From positions 19,716,001 through 19,780,000 of the forward strand of contig NC_086108.1 of the NCBI RefSeq assembly GCF_963921235.1: DNA of 64,000 nt, written 5' to 3'. The position numbers were made by a program, and so were the translations under genes. The notes under the pieces are model-generated. The model searched no databases, was not told the origin of the DNA, and saw only the letters and a program-made list of their open reading frames with translations. This document shows, piece by piece, positions 13,510 through 26,762 of the stretch; the stretch's first letter is position 1, and each line of letters starts with the position of its first letter. This DNA is from Mobula hypostoma. Taxonomy: Eukaryota.

Positions 13510-14530
13510 GTAGGTATAGTCTTGTGTTCCAACCCAAGAACCACAAAGATTATATTCCTCACCGCCCTTTGAACAATATATACAAGACATAGTAGAATTA
13601 GGCCATTCAGCCCATCAAGTGTGCTCTACCATTCAATCAGAGCAGATTTATTTTCCTTCTCCGTCCCAATCTCTTGCCTTCTTGTAACCTTTGACACCCT
13701 GATTAATCATGAACCTATCAACCTCCATATTAAATATTCCCAATGACAGCCTCCATAGCACTCTGTGGAAATGAATTCCATAGATTCACCACTCTCTGGC
13801 TAAAGAAATTCCTCCTCTTCTCTGTTCTAAAGGGACATCCATTTAATCTGAATCTGTCTCTTCTGGGGCTAGAATCTCCCACCACTGGAAACGTCTTTTC
13901 TGTGTCCATTCATTTAGACCTTTCAAATTTGCTCTTAAAGACCAAAGCCATGAATTCATTGGGCTGTTAATGTTTGGAGATGATAGGGCAATTGCAGCAA
14001 GTGTGCACCCGTGCCTGTATGCATGTGTAACACTTCTTGACCCTGATCTGTGAGAAAGAAAATAAGCATAAAACTATCAATTCATGTTTAAGTACAGAAT
14101 TTGTCTTAATGTAAAATATTTGGACCCTTACTGCACCCCAAACGATTATCAGCACATACTGAAATGGACAGTATGAGCAATGGAGGGGAATCGTCCCTGT
14201 TTAATGCTGAATTCATCTTGGCTTTCGATTTTTTTTTTCATTTTGCTAATAAAGTGTGTGATGTAGAGTATGATAGGTCTCAGCTAATGAAAAAGGTGAG
14301 GTTGGTCATAAGACTAATGAGAAATGGAGAGAAAATTGCAGCTTTTTTCTATATTTATTTGAAAGGGCAATTGGATATTCAATTAAATGTTGGTCAATAT
14401 AATATGACACTGAAATTTATGAATTGAGATGAGCTCACATTCTGGACATTTGGTCAACTGACTGTGTCAAAGGGTAAGGGGTGGAAAATAACCATAATTT
14501 TAACTCTGAATTTTCGCTTTTTTTAAACAG

Positions 14531-14869
14531 GTAAAAACTGCCAACACGTGGATTTCTGTGCTTCACAACCTTGTGCGAATGGTGGCAAGTGCAGTAGTTC
14601 AAGAAACAACTACACCTGTACCTGTCCTTCAGGCTACACAGGATTTCAGTGCAAAACTGACATTGATGAATGTAAGGCTGGGAATCTGTGCCTGAATGAG
14701 GGAGTTTGCCAGAACGAGCCAGGCTCCTATCGCTGCTTATGCAAGCCAGGTTTCACTGGAGTCAACTGTGAGAGTGTGTATGTGCCATGCTCACCATCAC
14801 CGTGTGTCAATGGAGGCACCTGCCGACCAACCAACGACGACCTGACCTACGAATGCAACTGCCTGCCAG
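14531..14869 (+). CDS. notch2: Notch exon 4; EGF4-6
   Basis: aaacag|GT acceptor, CCAG|gtctga donor, 339 nt; [14 protein letters not shown]...[15 protein letters not shown]...CNCLPG. Confidence 0.93.
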
Positions 14870-15075
14870 GTCTGAAATTATAGTAGACTAGTTGGCCTTG
14901 TGAATATGATCCTTTGTACAATTAAGTCATGGCTGATCTGACCTCAGAACCACTCACCCATTCTATATCCCTCAGTACCTATGTCAAACAAAAATATAAC
15001 TCAAAAGCTGTAAATGTACCATCATCTGTTGCTTTGGGAAGGAGAGCCCAACACAGTTTTAACGTGGAAAGATAC

Positions 15076-15629
15076 TTTAACCCTCGGGTTTGGCCAGCTG
15101 CTTTAACCTCGGGGGAGACGGCCTCTGGCCTGGCCAAACTTGAGAAATCTTGTTTGGGTGGATGCTGCATGATGTGTTTTCCTGTTACAAAACAGTACCA
15201 CGAAATAACAAACAGTACACAATATGCAATTAAATGATTGAGCTTTATAGTTAATTTGACTATAGGGTTAGTAAAGAAAGCAAAAAGAAGGGACCCATTT
15301 TAATGAAACAGTCCAATGCGCACATTGGAACTCACTGTTTTCCCGTCTGTTCGTTCTCCATTGATTTTCCTCCCAGGTGTCGTCCACGCCTGACCCCATT
15401 CCAAGTCCGCTCAGTCCTGCAGTCTACGACTTCCCCATTCTGGCATCATCTCTCTCCATCTTCTGAACCAAGGGCCACAAAATTCCTTCTCTCAGGCACA
15501 TAAGAAGAACACCTCTCCTCATTGGCCAGCGCACATTCCAAAGCCCCCGTTACCTCCAGTCGTAACCCAAACACTGCAGCTACAGAGAAACTATTACTTC
15601 AGCAGTGAACCCTTTCCCTGGGTGTTACA
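15076..15629. mobile_element. Solo LTR, 554 bp
   Basis: Starts tttaac (mutated TG), ends gttaCA; 4-bp TSD ATAC at 15072-15075 and 15630-15633. Confidence 0.7.
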
Positions 15630-18334
15630 ATACTTTCTGGCTTTCCCCAATTTCCTGGGGGTTGGAGTGAAGGAATTGTCAACTTTTCAGATTAAGATAT
15701 TGCATCTCTTGCACAAGATCCTCACGGGACTGTCCTCGTAAGCCCCCTCCTTTCTTTCTGTACTTCACTGAGTTTATCTACCCAGATCTTGATTTTACAA
15801 TGTCTCTCCTCACCTAGACCCTTTCTATCCACATCCAGGAAGACTTGCATGTCCTCCACCAGTTTGACAATTTCCAATTCCCAGCCCACTGCCTCATCTT
15901 TATTATGGATTTCCAGTCTATATACACCTGCATCCTCCATCAGCAAGGTATTAAAGCCCTCTACTTTCTGCAGCAAGGATCCAATCAGTTCCTTCCATCA
16001 ACACTTTCATCCACCTGATTGAACATGTTCTTGTTCTGAATGGCGTCTTTTTTGACTCTGCTCACTTCCTACAAGCCAAGATGGAGCCATTGGATCAAGC
16101 TGTGCCCATCTTTCACTGACTAAGTGGAACAGTCATTCCAAACTTTCTTGGATACTATTCCACAACCCTCTCTATTATATTGATTGCATCGGTACTGATC
16201 CCTACACCTTAACGTAACTTGCCAAGTTTATCACCTTTGCTAAATGCTTCCCTTCCTCTTGGTCTGTGTGCCCTTGCTCTTGAACATCTTCAGACAAAGT
16301 TGTTTCTCCATAACAATCCTATCAAATCATTCAATGCACGAAATCCCTGGATCTGATCAGCCTTCAACCTTTTGTTGTTGAGCAGCAGGATGTACTGATG
16401 CTGAAAGTCAGGAAACCAGGAACTAATGAGCTTCAGTGAGGAGATGAGCACAGTTGAATATCTGAATAGCTGAATATCTCTTCTGGTTGTTTTATTTATT
16501 TATTCAGTGCAGAATAGTCCCTTCCGGCCCTTCAAGCCGCGCTGTCTGACAATCTCCTGGCCGAATAGAACAAAGAACAGCACAGTACAGTACAGGCCCT
16601 TCGGCCCACAATGTTGTGCCGACCCTTAAACCCTGCCTTCCATATAACCCCCCCCCACCTTAAATTCCTTCATATACCTGTTTAGTCGTCTCTTAAATTT
16701 CACCAATATGTATCTGCCTCCACCACTGACCCAGGCAGTGCATTCCATGCACCAACCACTCTCTGAGTAAAAAACCTTCCTCTAATATCCCCCTTGAACT
16801 TCCCACTCCTTACCTTAAAGCCATGTCCTCTTGTATTGAGCAGTGGTGCCCTGGCGAAGAGGCGCTAGCTGTCCACTCTATCTATTCCTCTTAATATCTT
16901 GTACACCTCTATCATGTCTCCTCTCATCCTCCTCCTCTGCAGAGAGTAAAACCCTAGCTCCCTTAATCTCTGATCATAATGCATACTCTCTAAACCAAGC
17001 AGCATCCTGGTAAATCTCCTCTGTACCCTTTCCAATGCTTCCACATTTTTCCTATAGTGAGGCAACCAGAACTGGACACAGTACTCCAAGTGTGGCCTAA
17101 CCAGAGTTTTATAGAGCTGCATCATTACCTCGTGACTCTTAAACTCTATTCCTCGACTTATGAAAGCTGACACCCCATAAGCTTTCTTAACTACCCTATC
17201 TACCTGTGAGGCAACTTTCAGGGATCTGTGGACATGTACCCCCAGATCCCTCTGCTCCTCCACACTTCCAAGTATCCTGCCATTTACTTTGTACGCTGCC
17301 TTGGAGCCCTTCCAAAGTGTACCACCTCGCACTTCTCAGGGTTGAACTCCATCTGCCACTTCTCAGCCCACTTCTGCATCCTATCAATGTCTATGTTATA
17401 ATTATGTGGTTTTTGTCAGTTTTTTTTTAGTCTTGGTTTGTCTTGTGTTGCTGTGATGTCATTCTGGAGGAACAAATTGTGTCACTTAATGCATGCATTA
17501 CTAAATGACAATAAAAGAGGACTGCATGTCCTCATAATCTAATCTAATCTTCACCCAAGTCCACTCTTATCAAGGTCTATCAATATTCAATTTCAGTGAG
17601 ATCCCTCTCCACCCCCATTCTTCTAAACTTCAGCAGGTACAAACCCAGAGCCATTAAAAACTTATGTACTGCTGCTGCTCGTCATCAAGCAGGACAGATA
17701 AAGGAGAATCGGTTGATGTGGTGTACTTGGAATTCTGGGGTCTTTGACAAGGTGCCACACGTGAAGCTGCTTAACAAACTACAAGCCCATGGTATTACAG
17801 GAAAGATTCTAGCATGGATAAAGCAATGGTTGATTGACAGGAGGCAAAGAGTGGGAATGAAGGGAGCCTTTTCTGGTTGTCTGCCAGTGACTAGTGGTGT
17901 TCCACAGGGGTCTGTGTTGGGACTGTTTCTATTTTACATTATATGTCAATGATTTGGATGATGGAATTGAAGGCTTTGTTGCAAAGTTTGCAGATGATAT
18001 GAAGATAGTTGGAGCGGCAGGTAGTTTTGAGAAAGTAGGGAGGCTACAGAAGGACTTAGATTAGGAGAATGGGCAAAGAAATGGCAGTTGGAATACAGTG
18101 TTGGGAAGTGTATGGTCATGCACTTTGGTAGAAGAAATGAAAGGGTTGACTACTTTTAAATGGAGACAAAATACAAAAAAAAACTTGAGGTGCAAAGAGA
18201 CTTGGGGAGTCCTTGTGCAGGATTCCCTAAAGGTTAATTTGCAGTTTGAATCTGTGGTGAGGAAGGCAAATTCAATGTTAACATTCATTTCAAGAGGACT
18301 AGAGTATAAAAGAAAAGATGTAATGTAAAGACTT

Positions 18335-19192
18335 TGTTACGTACCCCATAACTGGGTTGCCAAACCAGCAGAAATGGATCACTCAGTTGGAGTCTGGAGT
18401 ACTAGAACTAAGAAAGTTTTATTAAAGAAATAAGCAACACAGTAATCGAAAGGATAATAAATGCAACAGTTCAGCGATGATAAACACACATGTGCACAGA
18501 ATTAAGATAACAGCATCAATCAAGCTCTATCATTGTCTAGGGGTAAATGACCAAATTTAAAAGTGACTCAAAGTTCAGTCCAGTTTAGTAGTTTAGTTCG
18601 CAGTAATCGTTGCCCTGGCGATGGACAACGTGGGGGGAAGAGAGAGATAGAACAGGAACAACTGATCATTCAGAACGGCTTCACTCACAGACCGGTGAGA
18701 CTCACAAGCAGCTTTTGGGCGGGTCCTTGGTGATGTCACCTGAGGTCACCGACTGTGACCCCTCCTCCAGATGCGGTCGATCCTCTGCAGTGAACCCGGC
18801 ACCCAGGCAAGGGCGGACACACACCGGGTTCCCGCTGATCGTACCTTTCCACCCTGGCCGTTGTCTGGTACTTCTCACCCACTCGTGAGAGGCGCACTGC
18901 TTCCAGGGTCTCGTTACCTCGGGTGGCGTGTGTTCCTGTCTTAGCGAACCTGTCCCTTTTTATCCCCCTGCTGGGGTATCGCCTGTCCATACTTCAAACA
19001 GTTCAAGGTTCAAAGGGGGGAGCCGCTCCAGACAGCTCTCTCTCCCACGTCCCTTCATTACACATCTCCAGACGCTGCTCCATTGTTCCTTATCTCTCCT
19101 TCCCCTGAGGGCAGGTGGCAGACCACTTGCTGATGTCACTGATGCTAACCCAGGCCAGCAAACATCTTAATTTTATGTGTATTCTCGTCACA
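18335..19192. mobile_element. Solo LTR (Gypsy-like), 858 bp
   Basis: TGTTACG...CGTCACA termini; 4-bp TSD ACTT at 18331-18334 and 19193-19196; second copy at 63433. Confidence 0.88.
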
Positions 19193-19299
19193 ACTTCATA
19201 AAGCACTGTCAAGGCCTCACTTGGAGTATTGTGAGCAGTTTTGGGCTCCTTATCTTAGAAAGGTTGTGCTGAAACTGAGAGGGTTCAAAGAAGCTTCAT

Positions 19300-19848
19300 G
19301 ACTCATACACGCAAAAACTTCTATAGATGTACTGTGGAAAGCATTCTGACAGGCTCGATCACTGTCTGGTATGGGGGGACAACAGCACAGGAGCGAAAGG
19401 AGCTGAAGAGGGTTGTAAATTTAGTCAGCTCCATCATGGGTACCAGCCGACAACGTACCCAGGACATCTTCAAGGAGCGGTGTGTCAGAAAGGCAGCGTC
19501 CATTATTAAGGACCTCCAGCACCCAGGGTATGTTACCATCAGGTAGGAGGTACAGAAGCCTGAGGGCACATGCTCAGCGATTCAGGGACAGCTTCTTCCC
19601 CTCTGCCATCTGATTCCTGAATGGACATTGAACCTGTGAACACTACCTCAGTTTTTTTATATTATTTCTGTTTTTTCACAATTTTTAATCTATTCAATAT
19701 ACGTATACTGCAATTGATTTACTTATTTAGGTAATTATTATTATTTTATTATTTTTTCTCCTCCTTCTGTATTATGTATTACTTTGAACTGCTGCTGCTA
19801 AGTTAATAAATTTCGCGACACGTGGCAGTGATAATAAAACTGATTCTG
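19300..19848 (+). mobile_element. Rex1/Babar-like LINE 3' fragment
   Basis: NFYRCTVESILTGSITVWYG...KAASIIKD; tgattctga tail; CR1 sequence resumes afterwards. Confidence 0.75.
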
Positions 19849-20768
19849 AAAATGATTCCAGGAAAGAACGACTTGTCATATGAAGAGTGTTTGATGGCTC
19901 TGGGCTTGTATTCAGTAGAATTTAGATGAATGAGGGGTGACCTCATTGAAACGTATCGAATGGTGAAAGGCCTTGATTGAGTGGATGTAGAGAGGATGTT
20001 TCCTATGGTGGAAGAGTTTAAGACCAGAGGACACAGACTCAGAATAAAGAGGCATCCTTTTAGAATGGAGATGAGGAGTTTCTTTAGCCAGAGAGTGGTG
20101 AATCTGTGGAATTCTTTGCCACAGGCAGTTGTGGAGGCCTAGTCTTTATGTATATTTAAGGCAGAGGTTGATAGATTCTTGATTGGTCAGGGCATGAAGG
20201 GATACGGGAAGAAGGCAGGAGATTGGGGCTGAGAGGAAAATTGGATCAGCGTTGATGAAATGGCACAGCAGACTCAAAGGGCCAAATGGCCTAATTCTAC
20301 TCCTGTATCTTATGGTCTAATGTCTCTCTGCAATCTTTGACAATCCTCCACACTATCCACAACACCACCAACCTTTGTGTCATCGGCAAACTTGCCAACC
20401 CACCCTTCTACCCGCACATCCAGGTCATTAATAAAAATCACAAAAAGTAGAGATCCCAGAACTGATCATTGTGGGACACCACTGGTTACACCCCTCCAAT
20501 CCAAATGTACTCCCTTCACCACGACCCTCTGCCTTCTTCAGGCAAGCCAATTCTGAATCCACCTGGTCAAACTTCCCTGGATCCCATGCCTTCTGACTTT
20601 CTGAATAAGCCTCTCGTGTGGAACCTTGTCAAATGCCTTACTAAAATCCATATAGATCACATCCACTACACTACCCTCATCTATATGCCTGGTCACCTCA
20701 AAGAACTCTATCAGGCTTGTTAGACACGATCTGCCCTTCACAAAGCCATGCTGACTGTCCCTGATCAG

Positions 20769-21822
20769 TGCAAACACGAGAAAATCTGCAGATGCTGGAA
20801 TTCCAAGCAACATACATAAAAGTTGCTGGTGAACGCAACAGACCAGGCAGCATCTCTACGAAGAGGTACAGTCAACGTTTCGGGCCGAGACCCTTCGTCA
20901 GGACTAACTGAAAGAAGAGCTAGTAAGAGATTTGAGAGGGGGAGGGGAGATCTGAAATGATAGAAGACAGGAGGGGGAGGGATGGAGCCAAGAGCTGGAC
21001 AGTTGATTGGCAAAAAGGATATGAGAGGATCGTGGGACAGGAGGCCTAGGGAGAAAGAGAAGGGGGAAGGGGAAGCCCAGAGGATGGGCAAGAGGTCTAG
21101 TGAGAGGGAGAGAGGGAGAAAAAGGAGAGAGAGAAAAAGAATGTGTGTAAATAAATAACGGATGGGGTACGAGGGGGAGGTGGGGCATTAGCGGAAGTTA
21201 GAGAAGTCAATGTTCATGCCATCAGGTTGGAGGCTACCCAGACGGAATATAAGGTGTTGTTCCTCCAACCTGACAGTGGCCACACATTTTAATTCCACGT
21301 TCCATTCCCATTCTGATGTGTCTATCCACGGCCTCCTCTACTGTCAAGATGAAGCCATACTCAGGTTGGAGGAACAACACCTTAGATTCCGCCTGGGTAG
21401 CCTCCAACCTGATAGCATGAACATTGACTTCTCCAACTTCCATTAATGCCCCTCCTCCCCCTCGTACCCCATCCGTTATATATATATTCTTTTTCTCTCT
21501 CTCCTTTTTCTCCCTCTGTCCCTCTCACTATGCTCCTTGCCTATCCTCTGGGCTTCACACCTCCCCCTTTTCTTTCTCCCTAGGCCTCCTGTCCCATGAT
21601 CCTCTCATAACCCTTTTGCCAATCAACTGTCCAGCTCTTGGCTCCATCCCTCCTCTTCCTGTCTTCTATCATTTCGGATCTCCCCTTCCCCCTCCCACAT
21701 TCATTCGCTTACGAGCTCTTCTTTCAGTTAGTCCTGACAATGGATCTCGGCCCGAAATGTCCACTGTACCTCTTCCTAGAGATGCTGCCTCGCTTGCTGT
21801 GTTCACCAGCAACTTTTATGTG
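20769..21822. mobile_element. Penelope-like insertion with inverted terminal (pLTR) arms
   Basis: 13-bp TSD TGTCCCTGATCAG at 20756-20768 and 21823-21835; GIY-YIG C-terminus LRLEEQHLRFRLGSLQPDSMNIDFSNF; left arm is the reverse complement of the right arm. Confidence 0.85.
20871..20904 (-). ncRNA. Minimal hammerhead motif, intact, antisense to Notch
   Basis: Reverse complement reads GTC-CTGACGA-AGGGTCTCGGCCC-GAAA-CG-TT-GAC. Confidence 0.65.
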
Positions 21823-23264
21823 TGTCCCTGATCAGACCATGATTCTCTAAATGCCCATAGATCCTATCTCTAAGAATCTTTTCCAACAGCTTTCCCACCA
21901 CAGACGTAAGGCTCACTGGTCTATAGTTACCCGGACTATCCCTACTACCTTTTTTGAACAAGGGGACAACACTCATCTTCCTCCAATCCTCCGGTACCAT
22001 TCCCGTGGACAACGAGGACATAAAGATCCTCGCCAAAGGCTCAGCAATCTCTTCCCTCGCCTCATGGAGCAGCCTGGGGAATATTCCGTCAGGCCCCAGG
22101 GACTTAGCCGTCTTAATGTATTTTAACAACTTCAACATCTCGTCTCCCTTAATATCAACATACTCCAGAACATCAACCTCACTCCTATTGTCCTCACTGT
22201 CGTCAAGTTCCCTCTCATTGGTGAATACCGAAGAGAAGTATTCATTGAGGACCTCGCTCACTTCCATAGCCTCCAGGCACATCTTCCCACCTTTATCTCT
22301 AATCAGTCCTATCTTCACTCCTATCTTCACTCCTATCATCCTTTTGTTCTTCACATAATTGAAAAATACCTTGGGGTTTTCCTTTACCCTACTCGCCAAG
22401 GTCTTCTCATGCCCCCTTCTTGCTCTCCTCAGCCCCTTCTTAAGCTCCTTTCTTGCTACCCTGTATTCCTCAATAGACCCATCTGATCCTTGCTTCCTAA
22501 ACCTCATATATGCTGCCGCCTTCCACCTGATTAGATTCTCCACCTCACTTGTCACCCATGGTTCCTTCACCCTACCATTCTTTATCTTCCTCACCGGAAC
22601 AAATTTATCCCTAACATCCTGCAAGAGATCCCTAAACATCGACCACATGTCCAAAGTACATTTCCCTGCAAAAACATCCTCCCAATTCACACCCGCAAGT
22701 TGTAGCCTTATAGCCTCACAATTTGCCCTTGCCCAGTTAAAAATTTTCCTGCCCTCTGTGATTCTGTCCTTTTCCATTATAATGTCAAAGGCCAGGGAGC
22801 GGTGGTCACTGTCCCCCAGATGCTCACCCACAGAGATCTGTGACCTGACCCGGTTTGTTACCTAATACTTGATCTAGTGCGGCATTCCCCCAGTCAGCCT
22901 GTCAACATACAGTGACAGGAATCTGTCCTGGACACACTTTACAAACTCTGCCTCGTCTAAACCCTTGGAACTAATCAGGTGCCAAACAATATTAGGGAAG
23001 TTAAAGTCACCCATGATACAACTCTGTTATTTTTGCACCTTTCCAAAATCTGCCTCCCAAACTGCTCCTCGGTATCTCTGTTGCTACCAGGGGGCCTATA
23101 GAATACTCCCAATAGAGTAACTGCTCCCTTCCTGTTCCTGACTTCTACCCATACTGACTCAAAAGAAGATCCTGCTGCATTACCCACCCTTCTTGTAGCT
23201 GTAATAGTATCCCTGACCAGTAATGCCACCCCTCCTCCCCTTTCCCCCCCTCTCTATCCCTTTT

Positions 23265-23452
23265 ATCACAGGACACTTCACAATGACCAATTAATCTACT
23301 AACCCAAACATCTTTGGACTGTGGGAGGAAACCGGAGCACCCAGAGGAAACCCACGCTGTTACAGGGAGAACCTGCAAACTCCATTTGGAATAGAACCTG
23401 GGTTGCAGATACTGTAAAGTGTTGTACCAACCACTACACTACTCTGCCACCC
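23265..23452 (-). mobile_element. V-SINE 5' part (3' part at about 16490-16560, split by the CR1)
   Basis: tgtgggaggaaaccggagcacccagaggaaacccacgc V-core. Confidence 0.7.
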
Positions 23453-23587
23453 CTGATGATTATGGTTATGAAAGCAAGTTTGTGTTTTGGAAGTTTGTGA
23501 AGTGCAGGAGGGAGAGAAGAACTTGGAGCAACGGTCTTTTTGTAGGGATTTCTGATATCTCTATTTCTTCATCCACTATCCCTTGGA

Positions 23588-24400
23588 ATAGAAACATAGA
23601 AACATAGAAAATAGGTGCAGGAGTAGGCCATTCGGCCCTTCGAGCCTGCACCGCCATTTATTATGATCATGGCTGATCATCCAACTCAGAACCCAGCCAT
23701 CCCTCCATACCCCCTGACCCCTGTAGCCACAAGGGCCATATCTAACTCCCTCTTAAACATAGCCAATGAACTGGCCTCAACAGTTTGCTGTGGCAGAGAA
23801 TTCCACAGATTCACCACCCTCTGTGTGAAGAAGTTTTTCCTAATCTCGGTCCTAAAAGGCTTCCCCTCTATCCTCAAACTGTGACCCCTCGTTCTGGACC
23901 TCCCCAACATCGGGAACAATCTTCCCGCATCTAACCTGTCCAATCCCTTTAGGATCTTATACGTTTCAATCAGATCCCCCCTCAATCTTCTAAATTCCAA
24001 TGAGTACAAGCCCAGTTCATCCAGTCTTTCTTCATATGAAAGACCTGCCATCCCAGGAATCAATCTGGTGAACCTTCTTTGTACTCCCTCTATGGCAAGG
24101 ATGTCTTTCCTCAGATTAGGGGACCAAAACTGCACACAATACTCCAGGTGTGGTCTCACCAAGGCCTTGTACAACTGCAGTAGTACCTCCCTGCTCCTGT
24201 ACTCGAATCCTCTCGCTATAAATGCCAGCATACCATTCGCCTTTTTCACCGCCTGCTGTACCTGCATGCCCACTTTCAATGACTGGTGTATAATGACACC
24301 CAGGTCCCGTTGCACCTCCCCTTTTCCTAATCGACCACCATTCAGATAATAATCTGTTTTCCTATTTTTGCCACCAAAGTGGATAACTTCACATTTATCA
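23588..24400 (-). mobile_element. Young CR1 3' fragment
   Basis: Uninterrupted ORF2 C-terminus (ORF 23686-24411) and (ATAGAAAC)n tail. Confidence 0.92.
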
Positions 24401-26550
24401 TATTGGAGCACATTTCAAGCTTATGGTCAAAGAGAGTTTCAGAAGGTGTAGCGTACCTGAATACAGTATTGCTACTCTCAACAATCCTGTCCAGGTTTGT
24501 TTCTGCATAGAGTGACCAAGGCACGAAAGGACTGAGAGCACATCTTTCTCATGGCTAGGGTTGTTAACTTGCTGATAATCAGTTTAGAATGGGAGTCACC
24601 TTGCACATTTGGTGAGTAAGAGATGTGCCAAATGAAGTAAGTATTAACACAGTTGAAATGAGCTTATTCTCACTCCTCTCACCAAAAGAGTTATAAGTTT
24701 TGGCATAAGAATTTCTTGCTTGTGGGATGACTAAACAGCACAATGTGGGAGGCTGAGACATCAGTCTAGTGTGGACTGATCTAGGTGATGTTGACTATAT
24801 TTTGTTGTACACAATCATTGTGCTGTATGATTTGAGTTTTTGTTCCTGTGGAATGGAGAAGATGGTAAAGTTATTCCCTTTGGTTAACTTTCCTCCTGTC
24901 CCACTTGTCCAACTCAATCATTTTGCTGCACAAAGCACATTCTTCAATGAGTAAAGCCTATGTACAGGAGGATTTGAATTCCAGTATGGGATACGCTTAC
25001 AGAAGAAGAAAAAAATTGGGGAAAAATGCTAGCTCCAGATTTTTGTTTACATGACTTGGGTTTGGAGGGAGTGCCAGGCAAACTCTCACCTCCAGTTGCT
25101 GCTGCTCATATGTTCCAGACATGCCTCAGAGTCACCGAGCAATTGCTAGTGCACTTGCATGAGCTGCGTTTGAAAACATTGCAGCAGTCAACCTTGGGTA
25201 ACACACAATCCAACTCAGCCCCATGGCCAACATAGTCCAGATGCTGAGTTTGAATGTTTAAAAAAAAGTTGCACCTAATTGTTAACATAATGACTGTTGG
25301 GGAGAGACTGAGTTGGCTGAGGAGTTGACTGGAGATCTTTTTTTCTCCCTTGCCTCTATCTAAAGTCTGCAGTTAATTGGAGAAGGGGTCAAATTGTCAC
25401 CTCTGTTTGAGAGATTATTCAGTGCATTAACCTCAATGTAATCTACTCATGTGGTTCTTGTGTAATTGTTTTTTTCCTTCATTTTTCTTTCACTCTAAGC
25501 TTGTGGTTGAACGCTTGTGCTGATGTACAAAAAAAACCCTTTTTAAAAAAATCTGGCTGAGGATCTTGGCCAGGAAATGTGTTTTGTCAATGAGGAAACA
25601 TTTAAACTGAAAATGTGGGTGAATTACTTAAACAATTAGCTCCAATAGCAGGTTCCCCTTGGCGCTATTAACTCTACTCCAAGGTCAATTAGGAGCTATC
25701 GCACAAAATGGGAAAGGCAATTGCCTGTTGGGAAAGGGTGTGCAGGAAGCTGAGTCTTGCTATGTTGCAGGATGTGAAATACTAGAAAAACAAGCTTCTT
25801 GGACACAGTACAAGAGGATGTTGATGGAAGTACTTTGCATACAAGAGCACACACTGTTGCAGGACTTGAGCTGCTGTGCTGAAAGTGGCTCATTATTGCA
25901 GACTGTATTCAACTAAGTGGTACTGCACACTTTCAGAGTTAAATTGCACTTTTCGAAGGAGTTTATGGCTTTGGAGTGGAAAAAAGAATGGGTCACATGG
26001 TGAAGGTCCAAATGTTGTTTCATCAGGATTACACTGAATTAATATTTGAAACAAGCTTTTCATTTGTACTTGTGTATGTTGCTGGCACAACTGGTGTTGA
26101 GAACCCATTGCTAATTGCACTGAAACAGATGGAGCACTGCTGCAGTCTTTGGGGTGAAGAAACTCCCACTGTCAGGTAAAGTGGGAGCTCTAGGATTTGT
26201 AACGTAATTTAGCGATACAGCACAGTCACGGGCCTTTCTGGGCCACCCAATTACAGCCATGGGACCTGTTAACCCATATGCCTTTGGGAAAGGGGAAGGA
26301 AACTGGGAGAGGACAGAAAACTCCTTATGGACAGCAGCGGGAATTGAACCCGGATTGCTGGTGCTGTGATAGCACTCTGCTATCTACGATACGACAGTGC
26401 CGCTCCAGCTGCAGTCAATAAATACTCATTGCCAGCCAGAATGGTGTGTGTTCAGGAGGTGATGGGTGTTCCCCAAGCTTGCTGCTCTTTTTAAAATTTC
26501 AAAAATAAGTTTCATTCATAAAAGTAATGTACATTAAAGATTAACCACAG

Positions 26551-26762
26551 TGTGCAGGCTGGTGGCGTAGTGGTATCAGTACCATACTTAAAAGCAAGTG
26601 GTCCCGGGTTCAAATCCGGCCGGCTCCTTGCACACTTTTCATCCGTGCTGAATTGAGGGTCGAGCGAGCAACTCGGCCTTGTAAAAAAACAGACACAATC
26701 GCTAAAGAATCAGCAAGGTTGCCACCTGATATACAGTGAGGTTTGGAAAGGAGTAGCACAAT
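26551..26762 (+). mobile_element. tRNA-derived SINE with Pol III A and B boxes
   Basis: A box TGGCGTAGTGG 26563-26573, B box GGTTCAAATCC 26607-26617; 10-bp TSD TTAACCACAG at 26541-26550 and 26763-26772. Confidence 0.8.

Larger units (their letters stand above)
17680..20318 (+). mobile_element. Decayed CR1 LINE nested in the - CR1, itself interrupted by a solo LTR and a Rex1 fragment
   Basis: FDKVPH..VTSGVPQGSVLG motif, frameshifts and stops, TATGGTC tail. Confidence 0.85.
16564..23262 (-). mobile_element. CR1 LINE (ORF2 EN to RT to 3' UTR) in three pieces: 16564-17392, 20319-20768, 21823-23262
   Basis: ORFs 22975-23229 (EN: ESVWVE..LGVFYRPP), 21803-22831 (PGNYRPVSLTSVVGKLLE), 20538-20813 (QHGFVKGRSCLT..DFSKAFDKV), 16865-17332; pieces are collinear across TSD-flanked inserts. 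Confidence 0.9.

Noticed and set aside
22308..22336. 12-bp tandem duplication (IGVKIGVK)
   Set aside because: Local slippage in a dead CR1 with no functional implication.
21803..22831. 342-aa ORF as a host gene or active retroelement
   Set aside because: It is a fragment of an interrupted CR1 ORF2; the ORF end runs into the Penelope insert.
26551..26630. tRNA gene
   Set aside because: No convincing cloverleaf; it continues into a SINE body bounded by a TSD.
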